This document shows, one piece after another, positions 38,501 to 48,434 of a stretch of 64,000 nt of DNA. Made by a program: the position numbers and the translations under genes. Source of the DNA: Mycobacteriales bacterium (GTDB lineage: Bacteria > Actinomycetota > Actinomycetes > JAFAQI01). The notes under the pieces are model-generated. The model did no database searches. It had not been told where the DNA came from and worked only from the letters and a program-made list of their open reading frames with translations. Location of the stretch: assembly GCA_035695045.1 (NCBI GenBank), contig DASSEX010000051.1, positions 73,543 through 137,542 of the forward strand. The letters run 5' to 3'. How positions within the stretch are numbered: the stretch's first letter is position 1; every line of letters starts with the position of its first letter.

Positions 38501-38617
38501 GCCCGGCGCGAGCGCGCCCGCCAGCGTCAGTGACAGTCCGGCGGCGGCCGATGTGCGGGCGATGACGGTGCCGCGTCGGCGGCAGAGGTCGATCAAGCGT
38601 GCGGTCGAGCCGATCAT
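35579..38617 (-). CDS. Large secreted BNR/Asp-box beta-propeller protein with a C-terminal membrane anchor
   Basis: Signal peptide, repeated S-x-D-x-G-x-x-W boxes (KSADAGKTW, TSDGGNHW, STDHGK, SHDAGQHF), HPDQHA, GLQDNG, ALHGRGVW; C-terminal hydrophobic helix plus Lys. Confidence 0.8.
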   Translation of the reverse strand: MIGSTARLIDLCRRRGTVIARTSAAAGLSLTLAGALAPGAPSVAPVAAAGHGSLRSLLNPSGAESHADPAEEMTAQQSFAAKHFGAAGLSSPYATSRAISQSVAQAALVPQSTTFGGDWKIRGPKSYFANDPSRSPSDITGLGFQNLGGRVTSIATTPQRPDQVWVGAADGGVWKSADAGKTWAPKFDHQGTLAIGGIAVDPADANRVYVGTGEANTNADAYYGDGMYVTSDGGNHWTHVHLPGVLTVFHVEAAKPSKGYPDGRVFAATNNGLWLSTDHGKHYVNVKLPSNAAHNGVYTASPFGNFVSDVRVRPHHPNEVVAVIGWRGGAQKLPNGKPQSEGNGFYRSTRSGARGTFSFVPQQPGTGLGEAGNDANPIGTSQAIGRTSLAYSADGKYLWAVVQDAGNFRNETYAGIPLEAKNSVLNGVYLSPNADPGNWTPKGNSQSFSAAPGTGLLVEQALLYAPGVQAWYDQWISVDPRDDNRVLVGLEEVYEAISNQTGPGLAQWRTVSRYWNGCAALNGIDCSSVPGPAYAGKATHPDQHAVAFVPLQNGVSRLYTGSDGGIFSQLSHTTDLGYVGYDNSSWRWLNLGLATTQPYYAVEGSGGTIYAGLQDNGEVKIDPGSTRGDEMYGGDGFDTAVVPGNDLQVYEEYTYGDISVSTSGGRSWTDISSCESGASATNQFSTPFGLDPRNANHLVAVGRYVDESVNGVNTTGGSSEEGQCLDPGSWKVSYDLGASRVNGKTGVNASGGNNIATALTIDGASMYVPFCGLCDPISQGSGNLSYFHNGIATNVKPGCTAKVGSSACWHKAAAIGLPNRYVQGVAIDPRDHKTVYVALSGYLRRWFPNPNAGGSVYVSHDAGQHFTNITGNLPRTPANALVLRNGVVFVGTDLGVYEARQGSTRWTRLGHSLPNSSVMDLRLNPQGSQLVAALHGRGVWTFSFGSKAEAPYRQRPPAPMPPIAGTTPLGGPGGSSGPGVDPTLVAAGLLLLLLAAGVKTLAKKPLAVATVG

Positions 38618-38741
38618 GCGCAGGAGCCCCTCGTGAGCAGACGTCGTTGTCCTGCGCACAGGCTTCTGCGCGCAGGATGGCGTTTCCTGCTCTCCACAAC
38701 GAACGAACCGGACACAGGTCACGCTCGCGGAGAGTCTGCGA

Positions 38742-38829
38742 TGGTGCGCGCCGGGGGATTCGAACCCCCACGTCCTTTCGGACACGGCGACCTAAGCGCC
38801 GCGCGTATACCCGATTTCGCCAGGCGCGC
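38742..38829 (-). tRNA. tRNA-Leu(TAG)
   Basis: Acceptor stem GCGCGCC/GGCGCGC, anticodon arm CGGCG-CTTAGGT-CGCCG, long variable arm GTCC-GAAA-GGAC, T-arm GGGGG-TTCGAAT-CCCCC, encoded CCA; 88 nt. Confidence 0.97.
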
Positions 38830-38877
38830 CTGGTGAGTCGAGCCTAGCGATCGGCGGGATCCGCCGCCCTCGAACGG

Positions 38878-39330
38878 TCAGCGATAAAGGCCGATTGCCC
38901 AGTCGTGGCGTTGTGGGTGGTTGACGGTCACCTGCAGAGCGGCACCGCCCTTGGCCAGCGTCAACCGCACCAGACCAACCGGTCGTCCGGAGCACGCTTG
39001 CGCACTGGTGAGCCCGCCGAGTCGCACCGTCGCCGTGCCGGTGTCGCAGCGGACGACGACGTACACGACGCTGCCGGACGACTTGCCGGTGTGCAGGCGA
39101 TGCATGCGCACACGACCCGGCACGGTGGTCTGTTGCCGCAGATGCAACGTGCCGTCAGCGAAGCCGGGCTCGCGGAACGTCGCCGGCATCAACGACGGCT
39201 GCGCGCGCGACGACGCCTCGTGGCTCAGCTCGATGCCAAGCGTCACCCCGGCCGCGGCGAGAGCCGCAGCAAGGGCAAGCAGGAAGATGCGCCGAACGCC
39301 GCGCACCTCGTCGTCAGTGGTGAGCGTCAT
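38878..39330 (-). CDS. Membrane-anchored hypothetical protein
   Basis: ATG overlapping the rdgB stop, one N-terminal TM helix, two Cys in the soluble domain. Confidence 0.6.
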   Translation of the reverse strand: MTLTTDDEVRGVRRIFLLALAAALAAAGVTLGIELSHEASSRAQPSLMPATFREPGFADGTLHLRQQTTVPGRVRMHRLHTGKSSGSVVYVVVRCDTGTATVRLGGLTSAQACSGRPVGLVRLTLAKGGAALQVTVNHPQRHDWAIGLYR

Positions 39331-39920
39331 CACAGGAGCTCGGCGAGGCGTGGTGCAAGCATCCGGAAGGCCTTGCCGCGATGGCTGATCGCGTCCTTCT
39401 CCTCGGCCGACATCTCGGCGGTCGTGCGCTTCTCCCCCGTCGGCACGAAGATCGGGTCGTAGCCGAACCCGTTCGTTCCGCGCGGCGACCGGATCACGAT
39501 GCCCTCGACCCGACCCTCGACGACGAGTCGCTCCCCTGCCGGTGTCACCGCCGCCGCAGCGCACACGAACGCCGCGCCCCGTCGCTCGTCCGGCACATCG
39601 ACGATCTGGTCGAGGACCAGCTGCAGATTGGCCAGGTCGTCGCCATGGCGGCCGGCCCACCGCGCGGAGAGCACACCCGGCATGCCGTTGAGTGCCGCGA
39701 CGGCGAGCCCGCTGTCATCCGCGAGTGCGGTCAGCCCCGTCTCGCGTGCAACGGCCTCGGCCTTCAGCAACGCATTGTCCGCGAACGTCGCCCCTGTCTC
39801 CGCAACATCGCCGACGTCGGGGAACTCCGTGAGCGACACGAGCTCGACGTCGTACGGCGCCAGGATGCGCTGGACCTCCTCGACCTTGTGCGCGTTGCGC
39901 GTGGCGAGGACGACCCTCAC
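39330..39920 (-). CDS. rdgB: Non-canonical purine NTP pyrophosphatase (RdgB/HAM1)
   Basis: [47 protein letters not shown]. Confidence 0.95.
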   Translation of the reverse strand: MRVVLATRNAHKVEEVQRILAPYDVELVSLTEFPDVGDVAETGATFADNALLKAEAVARETGLTALADDSGLAVAALNGMPGVLSARWAGRHGDDLANLQLVLDQIVDVPDERRGAAFVCAAAAVTPAGERLVVEGRVEGIVIRSPRGTNGFGYDPIFVPTGEKRTTAEMSAEEKDAISHRGKAFRMLAPRLAELL

Positions 39921-40672
39921 AATCCCTCCGGCTGCACGCCTCGCTTCCGCCGCGGAGCGGCGAGTGCCTGCTGCTGCAGGTCGGTCAGATCCGCACATCC
40001 ACGGACCGCGAGGTCGAGCAGGCCGTCGAGCAGGCTGCGGTCGAACGGCTCGCCCTCCGCCGTCCCCTGCACCTCCACGAAGCGACCGTCACCGGTACAG
40101 ACAACGTTCATGTCCGTCTCGGCAGCGACGTCCTCGGTGTAGCAGAGGTCCAGCCTCGGCTCGCCTTCGAGCAGGCCGACCGACACCGCCGCGACCGACG
40201 TGCGCAGCGGGTCGCCTGCGACAGCTCCGCGTTCGCGCAACCACTCGACGGCGTCGACGAGGGCGACGTACGCACCGGTGATCGCCGCCGTGCGCGTGCC
40301 GCCGTCCGCCTGCAGAACGTCGCAGTCCAGAACGATGGTGTTCTCACCGAGCCCGGCATAGTCGATGCACGCGCGCAGCGATCGCCCGACCAGGCGGGAG
40401 ATCTCGTGCGTGCGCCCGCCCAGGCGGCCCTTCACCGACTCGCGGTCGCCGCGGGTATGCGTCGCGCGCGGCAGCATGGCGTACTCCGCTGTGACCCAGC
40501 CGAGACCGCTGCCCTTGCGCCAGCGCGGCACACCTTCGGTGACCGAGGCAGCACACAGCACCTTCGTGTGGCCGAACTCCACCAGCACCGACCCCTCGGC
40601 GTGGTCGAGCCAGTCACGGGTGATGGTGACGGCACGCAGCTCGTCGTTGGCACGGCCGTCCGGTCGCGGCAT
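39917..40672 (-). CDS. rph: Ribonuclease PH
   Basis: [53 protein letters not shown]. Confidence 0.97.
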   Translation of the reverse strand: MPRPDGRANDELRAVTITRDWLDHAEGSVLVEFGHTKVLCAASVTEGVPRWRKGSGLGWVTAEYAMLPRATHTRGDRESVKGRLGGRTHEISRLVGRSLRACIDYAGLGENTIVLDCDVLQADGGTRTAAITGAYVALVDAVEWLRERGAVAGDPLRTSVAAVSVGLLEGEPRLDLCYTEDVAAETDMNVVCTGDGRFVEVQGTAEGEPFDRSLLDGLLDLAVRGCADLTDLQQQALAAPRRKRGVQPEGL

Positions 40673-40702
40673 CGTTCTCCGGCCTCTCTGTGACGCTGGG
40701 GT

Positions 40703-41452
40703 TCAGATCTCGAAGGTGTCGAGGCTGCTGGCGACGTCGATCCTGCCGTCGTACGCCGACTTCGCCTCCTCGAGGGTGCGGTAGCGGTCGCCCCACGGCA
40801 CGAGGTGCGTCAACACCAGCCGCCCGACCTCCGCGCGCGCGGCGTGTTCCGCGGCCTCGCGTCCGGTCAGATGTACGTCCGGCGGGTTGTCGTCGCCGTC
40901 CAGGTAGGACGCCTCGCAGAGGAAGAAGTCGACGCCGCGAGCCAGCTCGACGAGCTCGTCGCTCACGCCCGTGTCCGCACTGAAGGCGAGCGTCGACGTG
41001 CCGTCGCTGATGCGCATGCCGTAGGTCTCCACCGGATGGTTGACCCGGTCGAGCTGCAGACGGAACGGACCGATCTCCAGATCCCCGGGTCCGGGCACCG
41101 GCCGGAAGTCGTAGACCTCGCGCAGCAGTTGGTCGACCGGTCGACCGAATGCGCTTGCGACGTGCCCCTTGATGTCGCTCGGCCCGTAAACCGGCAGGCA
41201 CTCCGGCCGCCCGGTCGGGTGGTAACGACGTGCGTAGGTGTAGGTGACGAGGTCGAGGTAGTGGTCACCGTGCAGATGGCTGATCAGGACGGCGTCGATG
41301 CTCAGCAACCCGCAGGCTCGCTGCAAGGTGCCGGTCGAGCCGTTGCCCGCGTCGATCAGCAGGCGGAAACCGTCGTGTTCCAACAGGTACGACGAGCAGG
41401 CGGAGTCAGGCCCGGGAAAGGTGCCTGCGCACCCGATGACGGTGAGCTTCAC
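40703..41452 (-). CDS. MBL-fold metallo-hydrolase, Rv1339-like cyclic nucleotide phosphodiesterase
   Basis: SHLHGDH, NHPVE, FSADT, VLTHL; located between murI and rph. Confidence 0.88.
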   Translation of the reverse strand: MKLTVIGCAGTFPGPDSACSSYLLEHDGFRLLIDAGNGSTGTLQRACGLLSIDAVLISHLHGDHYLDLVTYTYARRYHPTGRPECLPVYGPSDIKGHVASAFGRPVDQLLREVYDFRPVPGPGDLEIGPFRLQLDRVNHPVETYGMRISDGTSTLAFSADTGVSDELVELARGVDFFLCEASYLDGDDNPPDVHLTGREAAEHAARAEVGRLVLTHLVPWGDRYRTLEEAKSAYDGRIDVASSLDTFEI

Positions 41453-42282
41453 GCACTCGTCCTCGCGTCGGAAACAAGCTGCGGCGAGCGTTCGGCGCGA
41501 GCGACATCGCCGACCTCAGGACCCAGGAATCTGCGCCCGAGCCGCCCGAACGGCTCAGGATCGCCGGTCGCGAGGAACCGGTGCTGCGGTGCGGGCAGCT
41601 CTTCCGCGCGGAAGAGGTCACGCTGGGCGAGCAGGCGGTAGACGTCCTTCGCTGTCTCCTCCGCGCTGGACACGAGGCTGACCTCGTCGCCGACGACGTA
41701 GGAGATGACGCCCGTCAGCAGCGGATAGTGAGTGCACCCGAGCACGAGCGTGTCGCAACCCGCGTCGACGACCGGGCGAAGATAGTCCTCCGCCACCTCG
41801 AGCAGCTCGCCGCCCCAGGTGTCGCCACGCTCGACGAACTCGACGAAACGCGGGCACGCGACAGTCGTGAGCTCGACATGGGGTGCAGCCGCGAAGGCGT
41901 CGTCGTAGGCCATGCTGCCGATCGTCGCGCTGGTGCCGATGACTCCGACCTTGCCGTTGCGGGTGGCGGCGACGGCACGTCGTACGGCGGGCTGGATCAC
42001 CTCGACGACCGGGATGTCGTAGCGCTCGCGGGCGTCCCGCAGGCAGGCCGCGCTCGCCGAGTTGCACGCGATGACGAGCAACTTGACCCGCTCCTCCTCG
42101 ACGAGGTGGTCGAGGGCGTCCAGGGCGAGCGCCCGGACGTCGGCGATCGGCCGCGGGCCATAGGGACCGTGAGCGGTGTCGCCGACGTAGACGACCGGCT
42201 CATGCGGCAGCTGGTCGAGCACGGCGCGCGCGACGGTCAGTCCTCCGACCCCGCTGTCGAAGATGCCGATCGGCGCGTCCAC
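41449..42282 (-). CDS. murI: Glutamate racemase
   Basis: [27 protein letters not shown]. Confidence 0.96.
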   Translation of the reverse strand: MDAPIGIFDSGVGGLTVARAVLDQLPHEPVVYVGDTAHGPYGPRPIADVRALALDALDHLVEEERVKLLVIACNSASAACLRDARERYDIPVVEVIQPAVRRAVAATRNGKVGVIGTSATIGSMAYDDAFAAAPHVELTTVACPRFVEFVERGDTWGGELLEVAEDYLRPVVDAGCDTLVLGCTHYPLLTGVISYVVGDEVSLVSSAEETAKDVYRLLAQRDLFRAEELPAPQHRFLATGDPEPFGRLGRRFLGPEVGDVARAERSPQLVSDARTSA

Positions 42283-42307
42283 TCCCGCAATCTATCTGCC
42301 CGGAATG

Positions 42308-42345
42308 CCGGAGGGGCGAGACGCTCGCGCGCCCCGCCCCTCCGG
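42308..42345 (-). terminator. Hairpin after the second BNR gene
   Basis: 11-bp stem CCGGAGGGGCG / CGCCCCTCCGG. Confidence 0.55.
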
Positions 42346-42362
42346 TGTGTTCGCACCCCGGC

Positions 42363-45300
42363 TCAGCTGCCGAAGAAGGTGTTCACCTTCTCGACGAGAG
42401 TCTGCCTGTCGGTCGCCGACCCGAACTCCTCGAACGGGAAGGACAGGAAGACCACCTTGTAGGTGTTGCCGGTGCCCGACTGGGCGGCCACTGCGAGCCC
42501 GTCCGGGTGCGGCTGGCCGTCAGCGGAGTGGCTGCCGTCGTCCATGAACTGCGGCGTGGCCGGGTCGATCGGCGTGATCTCGTCCTCGTACGCCGCCTCT
42601 CCGGTGACCGCTGTCTTGTCGACGCTCCCGAACCCGTCACCGATGACCGATCCGGTGACACCCGTGAACGTCGAGGTCGCCCGGTCGTTCATGGTGTCGG
42701 TGCCGTCCCAGTTGATGTGCAGGTAGTTGTGCACGAAGGACGTCGTGCCCGCCGACTGGTCGAGCGCGTCCATGCCTGACGCGAAGAGCCGGCCACCGTT
42801 GTCCAGGTAGTTGGTCAGCTGCTTCTCGTAGGGCATGAGCGGACCGGGGTAGGACGTGCCGGTGAACCAGTACACCGAGCTGTAGCCGCTGAGGTAGCCG
42901 TCGGGCAGCTGGGTCGTGCTCAGGTCGAACACGTCGTACTGGATGCCGGCAGCGGTGAGCGCGTCCGTGTAGTACGACTGCACGTCCGGGTTGTTGCCGT
43001 CCTCGTCGACCAGCAGCACCGGGTGCGTGACGGCAACCGTGGTGCCGTCAACGGTCTCCGCGCCGGACGTGTCGGTCGTAGCGTCCGGCTGCACGGTCAG
43101 GTGGAACACATCCGTGTCCTGGCTGTTCGCCGTGCCAGGCACCGTGACCTGAACGCACACCTGCTGCGTGTCACCCGGCTGGAGAACGGCTGTCGCCGTC
43201 CCGGCCGTCTGGCAGTCCGGCTCGATGACGGTGCTCCACGTGTCGCCGCTCTTGCTGAGGTCGAACGACTCAGCCGTGTAACCCGCGTTGCGCACCGTGT
43301 AGCTGAACGTCGCCGTTGTCGTCAGCTGTGCCGTGCGGACCTCGCTCGTCGGCGTGACGTCAGCGGCGTACTGCGGCGCGATCGGCGTGACGTGCGGGCT
43401 GCCGCTGGTCGAGGCGCCCTGGTCACTCGTCACGTGCAGCCCGTCGTTGACGATCTCCGTCACCGAGGAGTCGAGGTTCGGGTCGATCGTGGCGGTCACG
43501 TGCAGGACCTGCGATCCGCCCGCCGGAATGGTCAACCCGCTCCAGGTGATCGTCGTGCCGTCGGTGCTCCCGCCGTCGCCGACCTGGTCGGCCCCGACCG
43601 TGGTGTGGCCAGGCACCGGGTCGGTGACCGTCACACCCGTCGCGTCGGCGTTTCCGATGTTCTTGACGGTGATGGTGTACGGAAGGTCACTGCCAGGTCC
43701 GACCGGCGTGCCCGGGTCGGTGATCGACGCGACCAGCGCCGGGGCCTGAGCGCCGGTGGACAGTGTCCACGCACCGCGACCGTGCGTGCCGGCCACCAGC
43801 AGGGCGCGCGAGGGGTCGTACGCCAGCTGGTAGACCTGCACCCGCGGGAGCCCGGAACCGATCGGTGCCCAGTGAGCACCGCCGTCGTGGGTGACGAAGG
43901 CACCCACGTCGCTGCCGGCGTACAACGTGTTCGCGTCGCTCGGGTCGAGCAGGATCGAGTTCACCGGGTTGTCGGGCAGGTTGCCGGTGACGTCGGTCCA
44001 CGCCTGGCCGCCGTCGGTCGTCTTGAAGACGTGGCCGTTGTGGCCCGGCGTCGCTGCGTTGTAGCCGGCGAAGGACACGTAGGCGACCCGCCAGTTGGAG
44101 CGGTCGACGGCGAAGCCACCGACCGGTCGGCCCGGAAGCACGCTGCCGCTCGGGTCAGATCGCACCCAGTCGGCGTTGCCCGTGCTCGTCGTCGCGTCAC
44201 TTGCGTGCCAGACCCAGCCTTCCTCGGTGCCCGCGTAGCCACCGGTGCCACCGTCGGAGATGCCGAGCGCGCTGATGACACATGCGCGACCGCCATTGCT
44301 CGCGCTGCCGGTGCAGCCACTGGTCAGGTCGTCGCTGATCGGCTGCCACTGGACATCGGAGGCGACCGGGGTCTCCGCGTTGTCGCTGCGGTAGACCCGG
44401 GAGGTGCCTGTGAACAGCTGGTTGGAGTTGCCCTGGTTCTGGATCAGCGGAATGTAGAACTCCGACCGGTCCCTCGTGTCGATGCCGTTCATGATGTTCG
44501 CGTTCGAGAACGTCGGCAGGCCATGGAAGGTGTTGAGGGTGTCCTGCGCCGAGTCGAACCGGTAGAGGCCGGTCAGGTTGTAGTAGGTGCCGAACACGAA
44601 GTTCGGGTTGTTGTGGTCGACGACCACCTGGCCGCCGTCACCCGAGGTCTGGTCCATCCACCTCGTCGCGTATCCGGGCCAGCCCACGGCGGGAAGCGTG
44701 GACTGCGTCCCGTTGTCCTGCGTGCCCTCCCAGAACGTGTCCGGGTTGTCGGCGTTGGCGTAGTCGACGCTGTCCGACTGCGCGATGCCCAGGCCCTTGT
44801 TGCGGTCCACCCAGTCCGTGCATGGTGGCGGGGTGGTGCCGTCACCGGAGAAGTACGCGGTCAGGCAGTCTGCGATCGGGCCCGGCTGGCGTCCGCCGCG
44901 GTCCGGCGAGTCCCACACGCCGCCGTCGTTGCCGACCACGATGTGGGCCGGGTCGTTGGGCTGCACGGCCAGCGCATGGAAGTCCGGGTGCAGGTCGACG
45001 CCGAGCGTCACCCAGTGAGCACCTGCGTCTCTCGACATGTAGACGCCGCCGAGCTGCGGGGAGTTGTTGTAGTTGTACTCACCGGCTGCGTAGACGGTGT
45101 CCGGGTCGCTGGGGTCGACCTCCACCACGTTGTCGTAGGTGCACTGGATGTCGCAGTAGTTGAGCACAGCGTCCGGGTCGCCCGGCGTGCCGAACCCCGG
45201 CATGGTCCAGGTCGCTCCGCCGTTGTCCGAACGGAACAGGCGCGAGGGGCGGTGAGTGCCGTTCCCCGCGTTGTACCAGTCAAAGCCGGCGTAGATGCGG

Positions 45301-46400
45301 GTGTGGCCACCGCCGAGGTTGGCCGTCGCGATCGACATGCGTGACGCGGCGAAGGTCGGTGTCGGAGAGATGGCACCGGCAAGGTTGCTATTCAGGTTCT
45401 TCCAGAAGCGCTCACTCGGGTCGCTCTTGTACAGACCGTCGTTCCAGAAGGTCGCATAGAGCACGCCCGCGTGGTTCGGGTCGAACTCGAGGTCAGTCGC
45501 ACCGTGGCTGGCGTTTTTGGTCCCCTTCAGGAGGGTCCAGTACCTGCCGCCGGTCGTCGAGCGGTAGATGCCCCAGGTCTGGTTGGTCGGCGGGCTCACT
45601 CGACGTGCACCGCCGCGCCCACGGATCGTGGCGACGTACAGCTTGTTCGGGTTCTTCGGGTCGACCAGCAGACGGCTGATCGTCGCGGCGTTGAACTTGG
45701 ATCCGCTGACGTGCGTCCACGTGTTGCCCGCGTCTGTCGACTTCCAGATGCCGTCGCCGTAGTAGCTGTCACCGGAGAGGTCGGCCTCGCCCGTCGCGAG
45801 GTAGACGATGTTCTGGTTGCTCGGAGCGATCGCGACAGCGCCGACAGACAGCGTCGGCAGGTTGTCGGTGAGCGCGGTCCACTGCTGGGCGACCGGGTCG
45901 TAGCGCCACAGTCCGCCCTGAGCCCCGCCCGCGTAGATCTCGCCCTGGTTGTTGACCGCCAGCGCGCTGACCCGTCCGGACACCTTCTGGAACGAGTACG
46001 TCGTCCTGCCGACCTGGTAGACGCTGCTCGGGCCGATCGACGACCAGGCGGGCGTGACGGTGCTGGCTGTCAGGTAGCGCTGCGGCGCAGCGGCCGCGTG
46101 CGGTGTGCGGCCGTACTTGGACGCGGCGGCGGCGCGGTAGTGCGCAGCCTGCTCCGGAGACAGCGGGCTGGTCCCCGCCAGGTAGCGCGCCTCGAGGTAG
46201 CGCTCCCGGGAGTTGAAGTAGGCCTTCCCCTCGGACTCGCCGTGCGACCGCGACAACTGCTTGAACGACAGTTGCGGGGGCGGGGGCACCTTGGCGGCGA
46301 TGGCCGGCGCCGAGGCTCCGGTGACCATCGCGAGCGGGACCCCGAGGCCGACGGCGGCCGTCAGCGCGAGCACTCGGGTCTGGCGAGAACGAAGACGCAT
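42363..46400 (-). CDS. Very large secreted BNR/Asp-box beta-propeller protein with a DUF11-like Ig domain and a C-terminal alpha/beta domain
   Basis: Signal peptide; KSTDAGNTW, RSDNGGATW, SRDAGAHW, KTTDGGQAW; HPDFHA, GNDGG, GTQDNG, GTHGRGAW; DUF11-like YTITVKNIG...VTDPVP; C-terminal VLLVDEDG...YLDNGGRLF. Confidence 0.82.
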   Translation of the reverse strand: MRLRSRQTRVLALTAAVGLGVPLAMVTGASAPAIAAKVPPPPQLSFKQLSRSHGESEGKAYFNSRERYLEARYLAGTSPLSPEQAAHYRAAAASKYGRTPHAAAAPQRYLTASTVTPAWSSIGPSSVYQVGRTTYSFQKVSGRVSALAVNNQGEIYAGGAQGGLWRYDPVAQQWTALTDNLPTLSVGAVAIAPSNQNIVYLATGEADLSGDSYYGDGIWKSTDAGNTWTHVSGSKFNAATISRLLVDPKNPNKLYVATIRGRGGARRVSPPTNQTWGIYRSTTGGRYWTLLKGTKNASHGATDLEFDPNHAGVLYATFWNDGLYKSDPSERFWKNLNSNLAGAISPTPTFAASRMSIATANLGGGHTRIYAGFDWYNAGNGTHRPSRLFRSDNGGATWTMPGFGTPGDPDAVLNYCDIQCTYDNVVEVDPSDPDTVYAAGEYNYNNSPQLGGVYMSRDAGAHWVTLGVDLHPDFHALAVQPNDPAHIVVGNDGGVWDSPDRGGRQPGPIADCLTAYFSGDGTTPPPCTDWVDRNKGLGIAQSDSVDYANADNPDTFWEGTQDNGTQSTLPAVGWPGYATRWMDQTSGDGGQVVVDHNNPNFVFGTYYNLTGLYRFDSAQDTLNTFHGLPTFSNANIMNGIDTRDRSEFYIPLIQNQGNSNQLFTGTSRVYRSDNAETPVASDVQWQPISDDLTSGCTGSASNGGRACVISALGISDGGTGGYAGTEEGWVWHASDATTSTGNADWVRSDPSGSVLPGRPVGGFAVDRSNWRVAYVSFAGYNAATPGHNGHVFKTTDGGQAWTDVTGNLPDNPVNSILLDPSDANTLYAGSDVGAFVTHDGGAHWAPIGSGLPRVQVYQLAYDPSRALLVAGTHGRGAWTLSTGAQAPALVASITDPGTPVGPGSDLPYTITVKNIGNADATGVTVTDPVPGHTTVGADQVGDGGSTDGTTITWSGLTIPAGGSQVLHVTATIDPNLDSSVTEIVNDGLHVTSDQGASTSGSPHVTPIAPQYAADVTPTSEVRTAQLTTTATFSYTVRNAGYTAESFDLSKSGDTWSTVIEPDCQTAGTATAVLQPGDTQQVCVQVTVPGTANSQDTDVFHLTVQPDATTDTSGAETVDGTTVAVTHPVLLVDEDGNNPDVQSYYTDALTAAGIQYDVFDLSTTQLPDGYLSGYSSVYWFTGTSYPGPLMPYEKQLTNYLDNGGRLFASGMDALDQSAGTTSFVHNYLHINWDGTDTMNDRATSTFTGVTGSVIGDGFGSVDKTAVTGEAAYEDEITPIDPATPQFMDDGSHSADGQPHPDGLAVAAQSGTGNTYKVVFLSFPFEEFGSATDRQTLVEKVNTFFGS

Positions 46401-46548
46401 CTGGAGCCCTCCGTGGCGCGTTCGTCGCGGCGACGTCGCGGACTACGAACGCGTGCGCGGGGAGCCTCGCATCACACCCGGCAGCAGGTCCGGCGTTTCG
46501 GTGAATTACCTGAAGACCTTTAACAATTGCTACCTGGGCGCTACTTCG

Positions 46549-47529
<981 letters not shown>

Positions 47530-47808
47530 CTAGCGCGCTCCCCCGGCGACCGCCGGAAGGATCGTCACCACGTCGCCGTCGGCGACGGGGGTCTCGATGC
47601 CGCCGAGGAACCGGACGTCCTCGTCGTTGAGGTACACGTTGACGAAGCGGTTGAGAGCGCCGTCGCCCACCAGCCGCTCGCGCAGCCCGGCGTGACGCGT
47701 GTCGAGATCGGCGAAAAGGTCACCGAGTGTCTCGCCCTTGCCCTCGACGGCCTTCTCGCCGTCGGTGTAGCTGCGGAGAATCGTCGGGATCCGGACTTCG
47801 ATGGCCAT
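47530..47808 (-). CDS. cysO: Sulfur carrier protein CysO (MoaD/ThiS family)
   Basis: RIPTILR, FVNVYLNDEDVR, C-terminal PAVAGG followed by AR; located between mec and cysM. Confidence 0.9.
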   Translation of the reverse strand: MAIEVRIPTILRSYTDGEKAVEGKGETLGDLFADLDTRHAGLRERLVGDGALNRFVNVYLNDEDVRFLGGIETPVADGDVVTILPAVAGGAR

Positions 47809-47875
47809 GGTCACATTGTCGCAACCCGCGATGCGGGCGCGACATTCCGGACCGCCGCGGCCGTTCGGTCGCCGC

Positions 47876-48178
47876 TCAGGGCCCGAAGATCAGCAAACAG
47901 GCGCGCTGCTCCGCATCGTTCAGCTGCTGCTGCGGCAGCCGCGCGCACATCAGCCGGGTCGACCGCGGCGCCTGTGCCCGCGTCCCGATAGGACCGATCT
48001 CGCTGACGTCCACGCACTGCGGCACCCAGGTGAAGGCATAGACGCACTCGCCGCCCTTGCCGTCCGAGCCGACGCCGACCGGCACGGGGACCGGGACCGA
48101 AGGCTTGGCGAGCGCCGGCACTGCGGTAGCCGCTGCGACGCCGACGGCGACGCCGGCCAGAACGAGACGAGGGCGCAT
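47876..48178 (-). CDS. Small secreted four-Cys hypothetical protein (100 aa)
   Basis: RBS GGAG, signal peptide MRPRLVLAGVAVGVAAATAVPALA, two Cys pairs. Confidence 0.6.
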   Translation of the reverse strand: MRPRLVLAGVAVGVAAATAVPALAKPSVPVPVPVGVGSDGKGGECVYAFTWVPQCVDVSEIGPIGTRAQAPRSTRLMCARLPQQQLNDAEQRACLLIFGP

Positions 48179-48269
48179 GAGATCTCCACGGCGAAGGTGA
48201 CATACCGGACGTCCCGCGATCTTGGTCAGGGAACCAGCACCCCGCAAGGGAGGTTCCTCTCCGCAAGGC

Positions 48270-48356
48270 TCAGCTGATCGCCGCGCTCAACACGCAGTAC
48301 GACGTCAACCGCGCCCTGGGCGCCCGCGCGATGCGCAAGCGGACCGCCGGGTTCAT
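48270..48356 (-). CDS. Putative 28-aa leader peptide MNPAVRLRIARAPRARLTSYCVLSAAIS
   Basis: Not in the ORF track; lies between mec and cysO. ARL...C.L..AI resembles actinobacterial Cys-containing putative leader peptides at this locus; a hairpin-forming tract follows. Confidence 0.4.
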   Translation of the reverse strand: MNPAVRLRIARAPRARLTSYCVLSAAIS

Positions 48357-48434
48357 CGAGACCGTCGCCGTGCGCCGCGGCCCGGCCCTTCGTTCCTTCG
48401 TCGCGGAGGAGTCACGCCGGTCCGCAGCCTGAGG

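Noticed and set aside
34340-38829. tRNA-Leu-anchored genomic island (GGR plus BNR genes)
   Set aside because: I found no integrase, no duplicated tRNA 3' end (att site) near 34360 or 35560, and no obvious compositional shift.
48380-48420. CTCCTCCGCG resembling part of a SAM-IV riboswitch near the cysteine genes
   Set aside because: Only a 10-nt match; the other SAM-IV core elements are not present.
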